DNA of 64,000 nt from Nanobdellota archaeon. Lineage in GTDB: Archaea; EX4484-52; LFW-46. The stretch's first letter is position 1; each line of letters opens with the position of its first letter. Below the pieces are notes generated by a model that saw only the letters and a list, made by a program, of their open reading frames with translations, did not search any database and was not told the origin of the DNA. Shown one piece after another: positions 26,941 to 37,259 of this stretch. A program made the translations under genes and the position numbers. The stretch spans positions 2,236 through 66,235 of the forward strand of contig JAHILE010000045.1 in the NCBI GenBank assembly GCA_018897155.1, read 5' to 3'.

Positions 26941-29124
26941 TCACTTTGAATTAATTCTATTGCTTTCTGTCTTTTGCTTAGAAGAAGCAATATCCCATGT
27001 AGCCTTATTTTCGGGCACGGCAGTTTGCACAGTTTTTGATTTGTTGTTATTCCATGCATCCTTTGTCTTGCACTTCGGGTCAATGCATAGAATCCACGGC
27101 CGTTTGCCTTTGGAAATAATTTTCACTATCGGCGAATTGCATTCTTTGCAGATATCCTTTGTTGTCTTGAGCATGCCAACCTGCGGCAGCGGATATGATG
27201 TTCTGCATCCGTCTGCATATCCCGAACATCCGACAAAGCGTTTTTTTGTCATTTTGGAAACAATCACTCGAAGGTCTTTTCCGCAAGCAGGGCAAATGCC
27301 TACAATATTTTCAACTGCAGCGGTTTCATTTAATGCTATAAGAAGCGCGCCTCCGACCTCTTTTTCCTTAAGCCTGAATTTTGAAAGTTCGCTTGTCAGT
27401 TCTGCTTCTGCTTCTGAAAGCACGTCTTTTGGCAATCTTTTCTTTTTTTCAATATCTGCTATCTCATCTTCAAACCTGCGCGTGAGTTCAACAGAAACAA
27501 TCTCGGGCAGGTATTTTTCAAGTACGCTGCTTGTCTTCAGGCCAAGGTCACTTACTTCGATTGGCGTGCCTTTTACATAGCCGCGCAGCACCAGGTTGTT
27601 GACGATTTCCGCGCGCGTCGCCTTTGTTCCAATATTCAGCCGTTCCATCTCGCGAATAATTGATGCCGGCGTGTACCTTCGCGGAGGCTCTGTTTCTTTT
27701 GCAAGAAGATTGAGCTTTTTCACATCGATTTTCTGCCCTTCTGTTAGAGGCGGAAGAATGACGTCCTTGTTTTTTGAATACGGCGCGTAAAGCAAATACC
27801 AATTCGGCTCAACATTTCTTTTTCCGGATGCGTTGAATATGTGCGGGCCGATATTTAGTTTTGCCGCTATGTTTTCGTTTAATGCGGCGTCGCCGAATGT
27901 TGCAATAAAGCGCTTTACAACAAGGTCGTAGACCTTCTTTTCATAGGGGTTCAGGGACTTTGGAGCCTCGCCGGTCGGGTGTATTGCAGGGTGCGCTTCG
28001 TCTGTTTTTTGGCCCTCATTCGGAACAAGCGTTTTCTTTGACAGAACGATTTTTGCGATTTGCGCATATTCTGCCTGTTTTGCGAGATTTTCAAGAATGC
28101 TCCTGAGATTAAGCACTGCCGGCAGCTTTTGCGACGATGTTCGCGGATAGCTGATAAGCGCTGCTTCATATAGTTTTTGCGCTATTTCCTGTGTCATTTT
28201 TGGGGATAGTTTAAATGTTCTGTAAGCTTCTGTCTGAAGGTCTGTCAGGTTGAATGGCTCCGGAGGCTTGTGCATTACTGTCTTTTTATTAACTTTAGAG
28301 ACAATCGCGTCTTTTCCAGTGCATTCTTCAACTATTTTCTTTGCGTCAGCTTCTTTTTCGATTTTTGAGCCTTGCTCAAAAAGCTTCGAGCTTTGCGAGA
28401 TGATTTTTTCGTTTTCATAAAGCGCAGAGAAGTCTTTTGCTTGGAGCTCAATCTGCCAGAAGGGAGTCGATTTGAATGCTTTTATTGCAAGCTCTTTGTC
28501 TGCAAGAATTTTCAAAGTAGGTCCCTGCACTCTGCCGGAACTCATTATTTTGTATTTGCCGGCGCTTTTCATTGCAAGTGTGAGTGCGCGCGATACATTT
28601 ATGCCGAAATAATAATCAAGAATATGCCGTGTAACGCCGGCATTGGCAAGGTCGCGTTCGATGTGCGGGCTTGCATTGTCGTAGGATTTTTCAAGTTCTG
28701 CTTTTGTAAGCGTGGAGTATTTCATCCTCTTTGCATCATTGACTTTGCAGATGAATCGCAGGATGTTGTATGCGATGACTTCGCCTTCTATATCAAAGTC
28801 TGTTCCGACAACAAAGCTGTCAGCGTCTTTTGCAAGCGCTTTTAGCGTATCATAATAGTTCTTGACATAGGCGGCGTCTTTTGAAATCTTGAAAGTCGGC
28901 AGCCATTCGACGTCAAAAACCGGGTAGGTCCAGGTGCCGCTTTTCTGCTTTAAGCCAAATATGTGGCCGACTGCAGGCACAACTACGATTGTCTTTCCAT
29001 TGCGCGTGATTTCGTAGTATTTGACTGATTTGATGGATTTTACTGCGCGCTTTCCATCGGCGATTGAGGCAGAAATTCTATCTGCAGCATTCGGTTTTTC
29101 GGCAATCAGAAGCTCGTATGACAT
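26941..29124 (-). CDS. topA: DNA topoisomerase IA (archaeal Topo I/III type) with C-terminal zinc ribbons
   Basis: Toprim N-terminus (LLIAEKPNAA...VVPAVGHIFGL); multiple C-terminal CxxC zinc fingers. Confidence 0.9.
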   Translation of the reverse strand: MSYELLIAEKPNAADRISASIADGKRAVKSIKSVKYYEITRNGKTIVVVPAVGHIFGLKQKSGTWTYPVFDVEWLPTFKISKDAAYVKNYYDTLKALAKDADSFVVGTDFDIEGEVIAYNILRFICKVNDAKRMKYSTLTKAELEKSYDNASPHIERDLANAGVTRHILDYYFGINVSRALTLAMKSAGKYKIMSSGRVQGPTLKILADKELAIKAFKSTPFWQIELQAKDFSALYENEKIISQSSKLFEQGSKIEKEADAKKIVEECTGKDAIVSKVNKKTVMHKPPEPFNLTDLQTEAYRTFKLSPKMTQEIAQKLYEAALISYPRTSSQKLPAVLNLRSILENLAKQAEYAQIAKIVLSKKTLVPNEGQKTDEAHPAIHPTGEAPKSLNPYEKKVYDLVVKRFIATFGDAALNENIAAKLNIGPHIFNASGKRNVEPNWYLLYAPYSKNKDVILPPLTEGQKIDVKKLNLLAKETEPPRRYTPASIIREMERLNIGTKATRAEIVNNLVLRGYVKGTPIEVSDLGLKTSSVLEKYLPEIVSVELTRRFEDEIADIEKKKRLPKDVLSEAEAELTSELSKFRLKEKEVGGALLIALNETAAVENIVGICPACGKDLRVIVSKMTKKRFVGCSGYADGCRTSYPLPQVGMLKTTKDICKECNSPIVKIISKGKRPWILCIDPKCKTKDAWNNNKSKTVQTAVPENKATWDIASSKQKTESNRINSK

Positions 29125-29241
29125 TTTATTCTGGTTTGTGTAAGGCGAAGAAAGTTTATAAGCTTTGTAAGGAATCTGATTTTTGAGGGTATTTTTGAAA
29201 CTTTGTTATGAATTAAAATGTTTATAAATACTGTTGGGTAA

Positions 29242-29589
29242 TTGTATTATGTGAGTGATATGGCATATAAGAATAATTCAAAAGGTCTTGAAATGGCTGA
29301 CGTTAAAATTCAAGAATCTGACGTAGATGAAGTGTATGCTGCTGCAATTAAACCTAAGATGCACAATTTTGAATCCGCCGTACATCGGATTGAAGAACAA
29401 CATGGACAACCATATGCTATAGGTGCTCTCGTTAAAGCAAGGGAGAAATTATTGGATGACGTGCCCGGAATGGTGACATTTGATGGAAGAGGACACGCAA
29501 TTATGAAAAACACATCCAGTAATGATGCATATTTAAAAGGTAATGAATGGATAGAACATGAATTGAGGAAAAAGAATGTTTTGAAATAA
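29242..29589 (+). CDS. Hypothetical protein
   Basis: 115-aa ORF, no motif recognised. Confidence 0.4.
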   Translation: MYYVSDMAYKNNSKGLEMADVKIQESDVDEVYAAAIKPKMHNFESAVHRIEEQHGQPYAIGALVKAREKLLDDVPGMVTFDGRGHAIMKNTSSNDAYLKGNEWIEHELRKKNVLK

Positions 29590-29634
29590 TTTTAGCTTTA
29601 TAATAATTTGCCTTTGACATTTCCTTAAGTATAA

Positions 29635-29961
29635 TTAATCCTTCAGCCTTAACACAAAATTCTTATCGGCCTCTACAAGTTCAGTTATCGGAACAAGCCG
29701 CCAGCCGGCATTGTCGCGCTTGATACAATAGACGCATTCGCCTCCGAATTCTTCTGCGACTTTCTCAAGATGCCGGACTTCTGCTTTGTTAAGATAAATA
29801 ATATCTGATGCAGTTGATTTGCACTCGATTATCAGGATTTTGCCATTTCTTGCACAGACTAAATCAGGCTTTTTGCTTCCGCCCGAACGGATTACTGTCC
29901 AGCCGTCGGATTCAAGATGCAGTTTCAACGCGCGCTCAAATGCATAGCCTTTTTTGTACAT
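29635..29961 (-). CDS. hjc: Holliday junction resolvase Hjc (archaeal PD-(D/E)xK)
   Basis: MYKKGYAFERALKLHLESDGWTVIRSGGSKKPDLVCARNGKILIIECKST... matches the Hjc signature (KG.aFEReL...L...G..v.RsagS...DlvA..g....iEcK). Confidence 0.8.
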   Translation of the reverse strand: MYKKGYAFERALKLHLESDGWTVIRSGGSKKPDLVCARNGKILIIECKSTASDIIYLNKAEVRHLEKVAEEFGGECVYCIKRDNAGWRLVPITELVEADKNFVLRLKD

Positions 29962-29991
29962 GTGAATCCTCTTGAAGAAATTCTGCCGCGT

Positions 29992-30816
29992 TTATAATGG
30001 ATTTGCCTGCAGCGACCATTTTCCTTTAAGCTGTTTTATGTCATATCCTCTTTCCTTCAAGAAAGGCGCGATTTCAGTTGTTGTCGGAAACTCAGAATTG
30101 AATTCTCTTTTTAAATCGGAAATAAGGGGCTTTCCCAAAGAAGATTCATACTTTTGCGAGAGGCATAGCGCATACCATTCTTTCAAATTGGAAAATGTTA
30201 TTATTCCTTGAATCCTGCTGCTAAAAGGCAGTTGCTTCATAACTGTGTTTACTGTTTTTGCTTCAGCGTCAAGGCAAACCAATATTATTTTGTCCGCGCT
30301 TATTGTGTCAGAAACGTCTTCCGCCAATTCCTCGCTCAAAGAAACATGCTTTACTTGAACAGCAGGCCCGAAATTAGACCACATATCTAAGCCTCTGTCG
30401 GCCGCGTTGGTGACGCCCGCTCGAAATAGCTTTGCAGGCATGCTTATTCTCTTTTTATTTTTCGAAAGCCCGAGCGTCAATTTAATGAAATCCTTAAAAT
30501 CGCTTAAAATCTCTTCATTAGAATCTTTTATTGATATGCTGACTTCCGCATTTAATGCGCGCACAATCGCGCTGAACAGCGCGTAAACGGTTATTTCATA
30601 CGCTTTGTCCACGCTTCTCTTTAAGCCGGGATTTTGCGCAAATAATGATAGGAACTCATCAAGCCCGAAAGTTTTCGGCGTTGCGGAATCAATATATCTA
30701 TATGCGCCGAGCACCATCGATAGCCTTTCCTGAAGCCTGTGGTATATGTAGTTTTCGACAAGCCCTCCGTTTTTTTTGTTGAATTCCGCCAGTTCCCTGA
30801 GAAATTCCGGCGGCAT
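29992..30816 (-). CDS. Hypothetical protein downstream of dcm-2 (candidate restriction endonuclease); reading frame stays open 82 codons upstream of its ATG
   Basis: 274 aa from ATG 30816. The same frame has no stop codon from 30817 up to a TGA at 31065..31063, which overlaps the dcm-2 stop, and no ATG/GTG/TTG in that extension. Possible D..QVK-type motif (ADRGLDMWSNFGPAVQVKH). Confidence 0.45.
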   Translation of the reverse strand: MPPEFLRELAEFNKKNGGLVENYIYHRLQERLSMVLGAYRYIDSATPKTFGLDEFLSLFAQNPGLKRSVDKAYEITVYALFSAIVRALNAEVSISIKDSNEEILSDFKDFIKLTLGLSKNKKRISMPAKLFRAGVTNAADRGLDMWSNFGPAVQVKHVSLSEELAEDVSDTISADKIILVCLDAEAKTVNTVMKQLPFSSRIQGIITFSNLKEWYALCLSQKYESSLGKPLISDLKREFNSEFPTTTEIAPFLKERGYDIKQLKGKWSLQANPL

Positions 30817-31051
30817 TGCGTTAGGCTCGAAAAGATTGTCTTGGAATTTTTGAGATGATGTGGAAACTCTTCCGATAAGCCTTCTGCTGACCTCATCTCT
30901 CCATTTTTTGCTGATATTTTTATAGGATTCAAAATCAGAAGGATTTGCGCTATTTTCGCTCCTATAATGGTGCAGAATTTCCGCAATCTGTATGGGCTTG
31001 TATAAATGAACTCTGCTCTTTCTTATAATTTTATCCAGCGCAATTTTGCTT

Positions 31052-32047
31052 TTAATAAGACATCACCATTTGCAATGAAGTTTGTTTGCAGCCATTTTTA
31101 GTCGCGATTATGGCCGGAAGCGGCTCGGATCGCATTGCCGCAATCATTCTTTTTGCCACTTCTCGAATCATATTCACAGGAACGCTGTTTCCGGCAAGCT
31201 TCTTTATCTGCGCGTCCGGAACAGCCATTTTGAAGCTTTTTGGAAATCCTTGCAGCAAAAGCTGCTCTCTTGGGGTGAGGCGCCGTATTCCATCCACCAG
31301 CAAATAATTATGCGATGCTCCAGATCTCAGGGCGCACGAATATTCATGAACTCCTATATGGCCTTCTTTGTTTTCGTGCCAGATAGACGGCTTCGGGACT
31401 TTCTTTTCTCCGATTTTAGCCAATCTTTTTTTAACAATATCCTCGGAAGCAAAATACTTTTTATCCACCATATCGTGCGATTCTATAATTTCGATTAGGC
31501 GCGCTTCCCTTTTTAATGGCTCAGGAAACGTAAATGGATAGTTTTTCTTAAATCCGACAATAATAACCCGCTCTCTTTTTTGAGGCAGCCCATAATCCAG
31601 CGCATTTAATACTTTCCAATGAGTCTGATACCCCAATTGTTCGAGCTTAAACAGTATTGCTTTGAACGTTCTTCCTTTGTCATGGCTTGCGAGCCGTTTA
31701 ACGTTTTCCAGCAAAAATGCTTCCGGCTCCTTTTCTTTCAATATTCTCTCAATTTCGAAAAATAATGTTCCTCGAGTATCCGCAAATCCTAACCCCTTGC
31801 CAATTATGCTAAATGGCTGGCATGGAAAGCCCGCAAGCAGCAGGTCATGATCCGGAATTTCGCTTGAAGGTATTTTGGTGATGTCTCCTTTTGGCATTTC
31901 CCCAAAGTTCGCTTCATACATTTTTTGAGCCGCAGAATCAAATTCAGAAGAAAATACGCACAAACCTCCCAATTCTTCAAAAGGAATCCTAATGCCGCCG
32001 ATTCCCGCAAAAAGATCTATGAATTTAAACGCTCGCTCCATATTCAT
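31052..32047 (-). CDS. dcm: DNA (cytosine-5)-methyltransferase, second copy
   Basis: FAGIGG, GFPCQPFS, ENV, LAGNSVPV motifs; 331 aa. Confidence 0.9.
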   Translation of the reverse strand: MNMERAFKFIDLFAGIGGIRIPFEELGGLCVFSSEFDSAAQKMYEANFGEMPKGDITKIPSSEIPDHDLLLAGFPCQPFSIIGKGLGFADTRGTLFFEIERILKEKEPEAFLLENVKRLASHDKGRTFKAILFKLEQLGYQTHWKVLNALDYGLPQKRERVIIVGFKKNYPFTFPEPLKREARLIEIIESHDMVDKKYFASEDIVKKRLAKIGEKKVPKPSIWHENKEGHIGVHEYSCALRSGASHNYLLVDGIRRLTPREQLLLQGFPKSFKMAVPDAQIKKLAGNSVPVNMIREVAKRMIAAMRSEPLPAIIATKNGCKQTSLQMVMSY

Positions 32048-32105
32048 TCAATATGTGTTTTCGCGCTTATTAACCTTGCCATATCCATTAATTTAATGGC
32101 TTGAT

Positions 32106-32522
32106 ATGGCGGACACAGTCACTAAAAAAGAAAGAAGCAGAATCATGGCTAAAATAAAAAGCAAGAACACCCGAGTTGAAATGACCTTTAGAAAACAGCT
32201 GCGCACAAATGAAATACGTTATCGCTTAAACTATGCGCTGGAAGGGAAGCCGGATATTGTGATTCCTTCAAAGAAACTCGCAATATTTATTGACGGCTGT
32301 TTTTGGCACGGATGCGCAAAGCATTTCAGGATGCCAAAATCCAATAAAGCATATTGGCGCTCAAAGATAGAAAGAAATATGGCGCGGGACAAAGCCGTGA
32401 AAAAAACTCTGAAATCAAAAGGGTGGAAAGTGATGCGTATTTGGGAGCATGAAATTAAAAACAGTTCTGAAAGAGCCGCGAAAAGGGTAAAACGCGTTTT
32501 AAACCCGTTTAAAAGTATATAA
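32106..32522 (+). CDS. vsr: Very-short-patch-repair endonuclease, second copy
   Basis: TKKERSRIMAKIKSKNT and FIDGCFWHGC motifs; divergent from dcm-2. Confidence 0.9.
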   Translation: MADTVTKKERSRIMAKIKSKNTRVEMTFRKQLRTNEIRYRLNYALEGKPDIVIPSKKLAIFIDGCFWHGCAKHFRMPKSNKAYWRSKIERNMARDKAVKKTLKSKGWKVMRIWEHEIKNSSERAAKRVKRVLNPFKSI

Positions 32523-32625
32523 AGGTTCTGTTTTATATAGTCAAACATCCCGCATTCGTCAGCGCTTCGAGCAAGTGCGATGAATCAGCGTGTTACTTGC
32601 GGGATACATATAATAATTAACTGAT

Positions 32626-32910
32626 ATGAATTTTATGTTTGAAATCAAAGGAAATAATGTGATGATGTCGGTTACAGTAAAGCCGCTCTCACATAGATTT
32701 AAAATACTGGTCGATGAAAACAGAATTATCATATGCTTGAAGAGCATACCTGAAGACAATAAGGCGAATATCGAACTTATAAAAGGGCTTGAGAGGCTTT
32801 TGAAAAAACATCTTTCGATTGTTTCGGGCGAAAAGTCAAAAAAAAAGAAATTGTTGATATACAACGCAACTGAAAGCGAAATCAGACGCGCGTTTGAACG
32901 ATCTCGGTAG
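32626..32910 (+). CDS. DUF167/YggU-family small protein
   Basis: VTVKP...IIICLKSIPEDNKANIELIKGLERLLKKHLSIVSGEKSKKKKLLI matches the DUF167 pattern (...aPP.dGkAN.eli.fLak.l......v.ivsG..sr.K.v.I). Confidence 0.6.
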   Translation: MNFMFEIKGNNVMMSVTVKPLSHRFKILVDENRIIICLKSIPEDNKANIELIKGLERLLKKHLSIVSGEKSKKKKLLIYNATESEIRRAFERSR

Positions 32911-33087
32911 GAGATTAATATTTATCAAATTCACCATTTGTTTATATTCGGAATTGACTTCCGATTATTGATTGGAAAATCAAAAACATCCAAATACAGA
33001 TAATGTTAATCTCTTTCTGAATTGGCGTGCGTAATTTGAATCGTATTCTTTTGCTAATGACTAAAAATAACATTTAATGTAATTTGA

Positions 33088-34431
33088 GTGATATCTATGG
33101 CAAAACTAGCACAAACATCAGTGAAATACCTGATAAAGGCAAAATTTGACGCAAGTGGAATAGTTGAAAAACCCGATGTTATCGGGGCTCTTTTTGGACA
33201 AACTGAAGGCCTTCTTGGTCCTGAGCTTGATTTGAGGGAGCTTCAGCGAACCGGTCGAATAGGCAGAATCGAAGTGAAAAGCGTTTCGCAAAGAGGAAAG
33301 GCTGTTGGAGAAATTACAATACCATCGAGCCTTGACAGCACAGAAACTGCACTTATCGCAGCATCTCTTGAAACAATAGATCGCGTAGGTCCGTGTGATG
33401 CTAAAATACATATAGAATCTGTTGAGGATCTTCGCACAATAAAGAGAAACTACATTGTCGAACGGGCAAAGGAACTTCTTGCAGGCCTTCTTAATCAGAT
33501 GCCGGATACAGCGGTTATGAGTGAGGAGCTTATGCAGAACCTTAGAACCGCAGAAGTTGTGGAATTCAAGGGCTTGCCAGCAGGTCCGGATGTTTTAACA
33601 GGCGATGCAATAATAGTTTGCGAAGGAAGAGCTGATGTTGTAAACCTGCTTAAACACGGTGTGAAAAATGCTGTAGCAATAGGCGGAACTTCCGTTCCCC
33701 AGGCTTTTGCAGAAATCTTCCGTGAAAAAGAAGTTACTGTTTTCCTTGATGGAGACCGCGGAGGAGATATAATCCTTAAAGAGCTGCAGCAGCTTGGAGA
33801 AATTGATTTTGTTGCAAGAGCTCCTGAAGGAAAGGAAGTTGAGGAGCTGACAAAGAAAGAAATATTCAAAGCGCTTAGGGACAAGGTTCCAACAGGGCAG
33901 GCGACTGATATCAGGCCACTTTCGCAGCCGCAGCATCAACAGACTGTGAATCACGGGGCTGACTTTATTTCGCAGAATGAACGGGCTGAGCCTTTTGATG
34001 TTTTGGAAACATCTGAATCAAAGGAAAAATCCGCGCAGTTCAAGAGCTATTCTGTGAAGACCTCTACACCTATTTTATCGAACACGAGGCGCGTAACATC
34101 TGTTTCATCATCAAGCGCGCCAATGAAAAAGAAGGCCCTTGATAGCGAAACGTCAGCCAAATTCAAGGAGCATTTGAGCGAGCTTGTAGGGACGCGCGCT
34201 GCAGCAATCTTTGACAAGGACAGCAATTTTGTCGGAAGAGTGCCTGTGAAGGAAATAACAACGTCTCTTAAGCAGATTGAGAGCCCTTCTGCAGTGATTC
34301 TTGACGGATATATAGACAAGTTTCTTGTGAAAGCTGCTGAGGATGCCGGAGTGCAGTTCTTAATCGGCACATCGCTGAAAGACAAGCCGTTTTCGAGCAA
34401 ACTGTCGATAATCAGCGAGAACGAATTATAA
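33088..34431 (+). CDS. dnaG: Archaeal DnaG-like primase (Toprim)
   Basis: Toprim block IIVCEGRADVVNL...VFLDGDRGGD; archaeal DnaG length and C-terminal region. Confidence 0.85.
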   Translation: MISMAKLAQTSVKYLIKAKFDASGIVEKPDVIGALFGQTEGLLGPELDLRELQRTGRIGRIEVKSVSQRGKAVGEITIPSSLDSTETALIAASLETIDRVGPCDAKIHIESVEDLRTIKRNYIVERAKELLAGLLNQMPDTAVMSEELMQNLRTAEVVEFKGLPAGPDVLTGDAIIVCEGRADVVNLLKHGVKNAVAIGGTSVPQAFAEIFREKEVTVFLDGDRGGDIILKELQQLGEIDFVARAPEGKEVEELTKKEIFKALRDKVPTGQATDIRPLSQPQHQQTVNHGADFISQNERAEPFDVLETSESKEKSAQFKSYSVKTSTPILSNTRRVTSVSSSSAPMKKKALDSETSAKFKEHLSELVGTRAAAIFDKDSNFVGRVPVKEITTSLKQIESPSAVILDGYIDKFLVKAAEDAGVQFLIGTSLKDKPFSSKLSIISENEL

Positions 34432-34442
34432 ATTAGACTTAT

Positions 34443-35417
34443 TTGCGGCGCCAAAAAATGGCGCCGCGATATCCTTTTTATGATGTTTTTATGGAAAATC
34501 AATCAGAGCTTTCTGAAAAATTAGAGAATATCTGTAATGTGTTTAATATAACTCAGGTTCTGGATTTGAAAATAAATAACAAATATATACAAAAATATTA
34601 TTTAGTAAACAGAATTCCATATTCTTTATTTCACAGCAGTACGGACCTAATTCATATGGCAATAAGTCGTGATGGTTTATACAAAGAAGATGATTTATTT
34701 GAACCTGCAAGAATTGTGGGCAATTATATCAATAAATCAGCAGGGCGAAGTGTTTTGGAATTGGCTACGGGGCGCGGGGCAAATTCGGTTTATCTTTCCC
34801 GTAAATTTTCGGCTACAAAATTCTATGGGATAGACATATCTAAAGGGCAGTTGGAATACGCTTTTAAGAAAGCGAAAATCGTTCATAATTATTATCCTGA
34901 TTTTGGCGATTATCACGACCTTAGCAGATTCAAAAATGAAACGTTTGATATCGTTTTTGTAGTCGAGGCGTTATGTTACAGCACCGATAAAAACAAGGTT
35001 TTGGCAGAAGCTTACCGCGTTTTAAAGAAAGATGGCGTTTTCATCATATTTGACGGATATTCAAACAAAAATCTAAATCAATTATTGCATGAGGAAAGAA
35101 TCGCATTACAGCTTGCCGGAAAGGGAATGGCGATGGAAAAATTTGAGAGCTATCGGAGTTTTATCCGCAAAGCAAAAAAAGAGAAGTTTAAGATAGATTT
35201 TGAAGAAAACGTCTCGCAATTTGTTCTTCCAAATATGGAGCGTTTCGAAAAGAAAGCCGCTTCATTTTTTAAACGCCCAAAAACAGCCAAGATACTCTCA
35301 CGGATTCTTCCGAAAGAATTTACTTACAATATAATTTCAGGGTATTTATCAACAACACTGATGAGACAGAATATATGTAATTATATGATAACTGTATTAA
35401 AGAAAGAAAAAAGATAA
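34443..35417 (+). CDS. Class I SAM-dependent methyltransferase
   Basis: Motif I VLELATGRGANSVYL, motif II-like DIVFVVEAL. Confidence 0.7.
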   Translation: MRRQKMAPRYPFYDVFMENQSELSEKLENICNVFNITQVLDLKINNKYIQKYYLVNRIPYSLFHSSTDLIHMAISRDGLYKEDDLFEPARIVGNYINKSAGRSVLELATGRGANSVYLSRKFSATKFYGIDISKGQLEYAFKKAKIVHNYYPDFGDYHDLSRFKNETFDIVFVVEALCYSTDKNKVLAEAYRVLKKDGVFIIFDGYSNKNLNQLLHEERIALQLAGKGMAMEKFESYRSFIRKAKKEKFKIDFEENVSQFVLPNMERFEKKAASFFKRPKTAKILSRILPKEFTYNIISGYLSTTLMRQNICNYMITVLKKEKR

Positions 35418-35421
35418 TCTA

Positions 35422-36555
35422 TTGATAGGTGTTTTGAAAATGGCTAATCAATCCCGCATTGTCGCGCTGACACAAAAACTCATCCGCACAAATTCCGAGA
35501 ATCCCGGAGGAACAGAGAAAGCAGTCGCGCAAATTGTCGAAAAAGAGCTTATGGATTGCGGATTTGTTGTAAAGACTTACGAGTTTGCAAAGGACAGGAC
35601 AAATGTTGTTGGCGTTCTGAAAGGAAAAAATTCCGCCAAGTCATTATTACTCACACCGCATATTGATACCGTGCCTGCAGGCGGTGGCTGGAAGCACAAT
35701 CCTTTTGGCGCGGAAATCTTCGATGGCAAAATCTACGGCAGGGGCGCAGCAGACTGCAAGTGCAATATTGCGATTTGCCTTGAAGTGGCGCGCCTTTTGA
35801 AAGAAAACAACATAAAGCTAGATTACGACTTGATAATCGCTGCAACTGCAGATGAGGAAATGGGCAGCAAACTTGGGTTGATTCCGCTTCTTGAAAAACA
35901 AATCATAAAGCCAACGCAAACACTTGTTATGGATGTAGAGGGATTCAAAATCGCAATAATGCAAAAGGGCGTATTGCAAATGAAGGCGACGGTATATGGA
36001 AAGAAAGCGCATGGCGCGTATCCCTGGAAAGGCGAAAATGCAGTTGAAGCGGCGTCAAAGGCGATAGTCGAATTAAAGAACTACGAGTTTAACGTTAAGC
36101 CGCACCAGCTTGTCCATCCGCCGACAATCAATATCGGGATTATTAAGGGCGGCGAAGCAGTAAATATTGTGCCGGATGTTTGCGAATTTACAATAGATGC
36201 AAGATACCTGCCGGGTATGGATGCTGACGCACTCATTCTTGAAATAAAAAAAACCATTGAAAAAGCAACTAAAAATTACAAATTAGAAACACTGAATATT
36301 CAGCTGCCTTACGAAATGAACAGGAACAGCCCGCTTATAACAAAACTTGAATTTGCGATGAAAAATAACGGGGTTGAGCCCAAAATAGATGGTTCTGAGG
36401 GCGCTACTGTGATGACATTTTTTCAGAATTATAAAATACCTGCGGTATCGTTTGGCATTGGCCCTGATATGGCGCACCAGACAGACGAATATGTTGAAGT
36501 TGACGCGCTCGTATATGGCGCGAATGTTCTTTTAGATTTCTTGAAAGAATTCTGA
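35422..36555 (+). CDS. M20-family metallopeptidase (ArgE/DapE-like deacylase)
   Basis: HIDTVPAGGGW, GRGAADCK, dimerisation insert, 377 aa. Confidence 0.85.
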   Translation: MIGVLKMANQSRIVALTQKLIRTNSENPGGTEKAVAQIVEKELMDCGFVVKTYEFAKDRTNVVGVLKGKNSAKSLLLTPHIDTVPAGGGWKHNPFGAEIFDGKIYGRGAADCKCNIAICLEVARLLKENNIKLDYDLIIAATADEEMGSKLGLIPLLEKQIIKPTQTLVMDVEGFKIAIMQKGVLQMKATVYGKKAHGAYPWKGENAVEAASKAIVELKNYEFNVKPHQLVHPPTINIGIIKGGEAVNIVPDVCEFTIDARYLPGMDADALILEIKKTIEKATKNYKLETLNIQLPYEMNRNSPLITKLEFAMKNNGVEPKIDGSEGATVMTFFQNYKIPAVSFGIGPDMAHQTDEYVEVDALVYGANVLLDFLKEF

Positions 36556-36577
36556 TGCCTGCAAAGGAGGGTATATT

Positions 36578-37255
36578 ATGATAAAAGCCATAATATTCGA
36601 CTGGGATGATGTTATTGTAGCTGGCTCGACAAAAGGCTATATTAACTGCTACCATGAAACACTGTCAAGGCTTGGCGTCTTTCTTGAAGCAGAAGAAGAA
36701 AAGCGAAGGATTTTTGAGAACTGGGGGAAGGCTCCAAAAGCCGAACTGAGCGGTTTGCTAAAAGAACATCCCGGAAAGCTTGACGAAGCATACAGATTAT
36801 ATGACGGCATTCTACTTAATTCAGATACGTTTGTCAACTGCGTAAAACCAATAAATGGAGTGAACATACTGCTAGAAAATCTGGCAAAAAAATATGCTCT
36901 CGCGATTGCTACCGGAATTCATCCTGTTTTGCTGAAGAAAATCATGGACAAATTCAACACTCCGAAAGTTTTTTCAAAAATAATTTCTGCATATGATATC
37001 GAAGAGAAAAATCAGAAGCCTTCGCCTTATTCTCTTAATGAGATAATGGCGTTTCTTAAAGTAAAATCCGAAGAGACGATTTATGTCGGCGACGCAAAGA
37101 ACGATGTTTTGATGGCAAGAAACGCGCGTATAGAACCTATTGTTGTGCTTACAGGCCATTTGTCAAAGTCGGAAGCTGAAGTCTTGAAAGTAAAGCACAT
37201 AATTCCGGACGTAACCGAAATTGAAGAAGTTCTTGAATCAATTGGCAGCAAGTGA
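36578..37255 (+). CDS. HAD-superfamily hydrolase
   Basis: FDWDDVIV (DxD motif I), GDAKNDV (motif IV). Confidence 0.8.
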   Translation: MIKAIIFDWDDVIVAGSTKGYINCYHETLSRLGVFLEAEEEKRRIFENWGKAPKAELSGLLKEHPGKLDEAYRLYDGILLNSDTFVNCVKPINGVNILLENLAKKYALAIATGIHPVLLKKIMDKFNTPKVFSKIISAYDIEEKNQKPSPYSLNEIMAFLKVKSEETIYVGDAKNDVLMARNARIEPIVVLTGHLSKSEAEVLKVKHIIPDVTEIEEVLESIGSK

Positions 37256-37259
37256 ACTT

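Noticed and set aside
29635-29961. Hjc as part of RM module 2
   Set aside because: Hjc is a core archaeal recombination gene; adjacency to the RM-like genes is more likely coincidental than functional.
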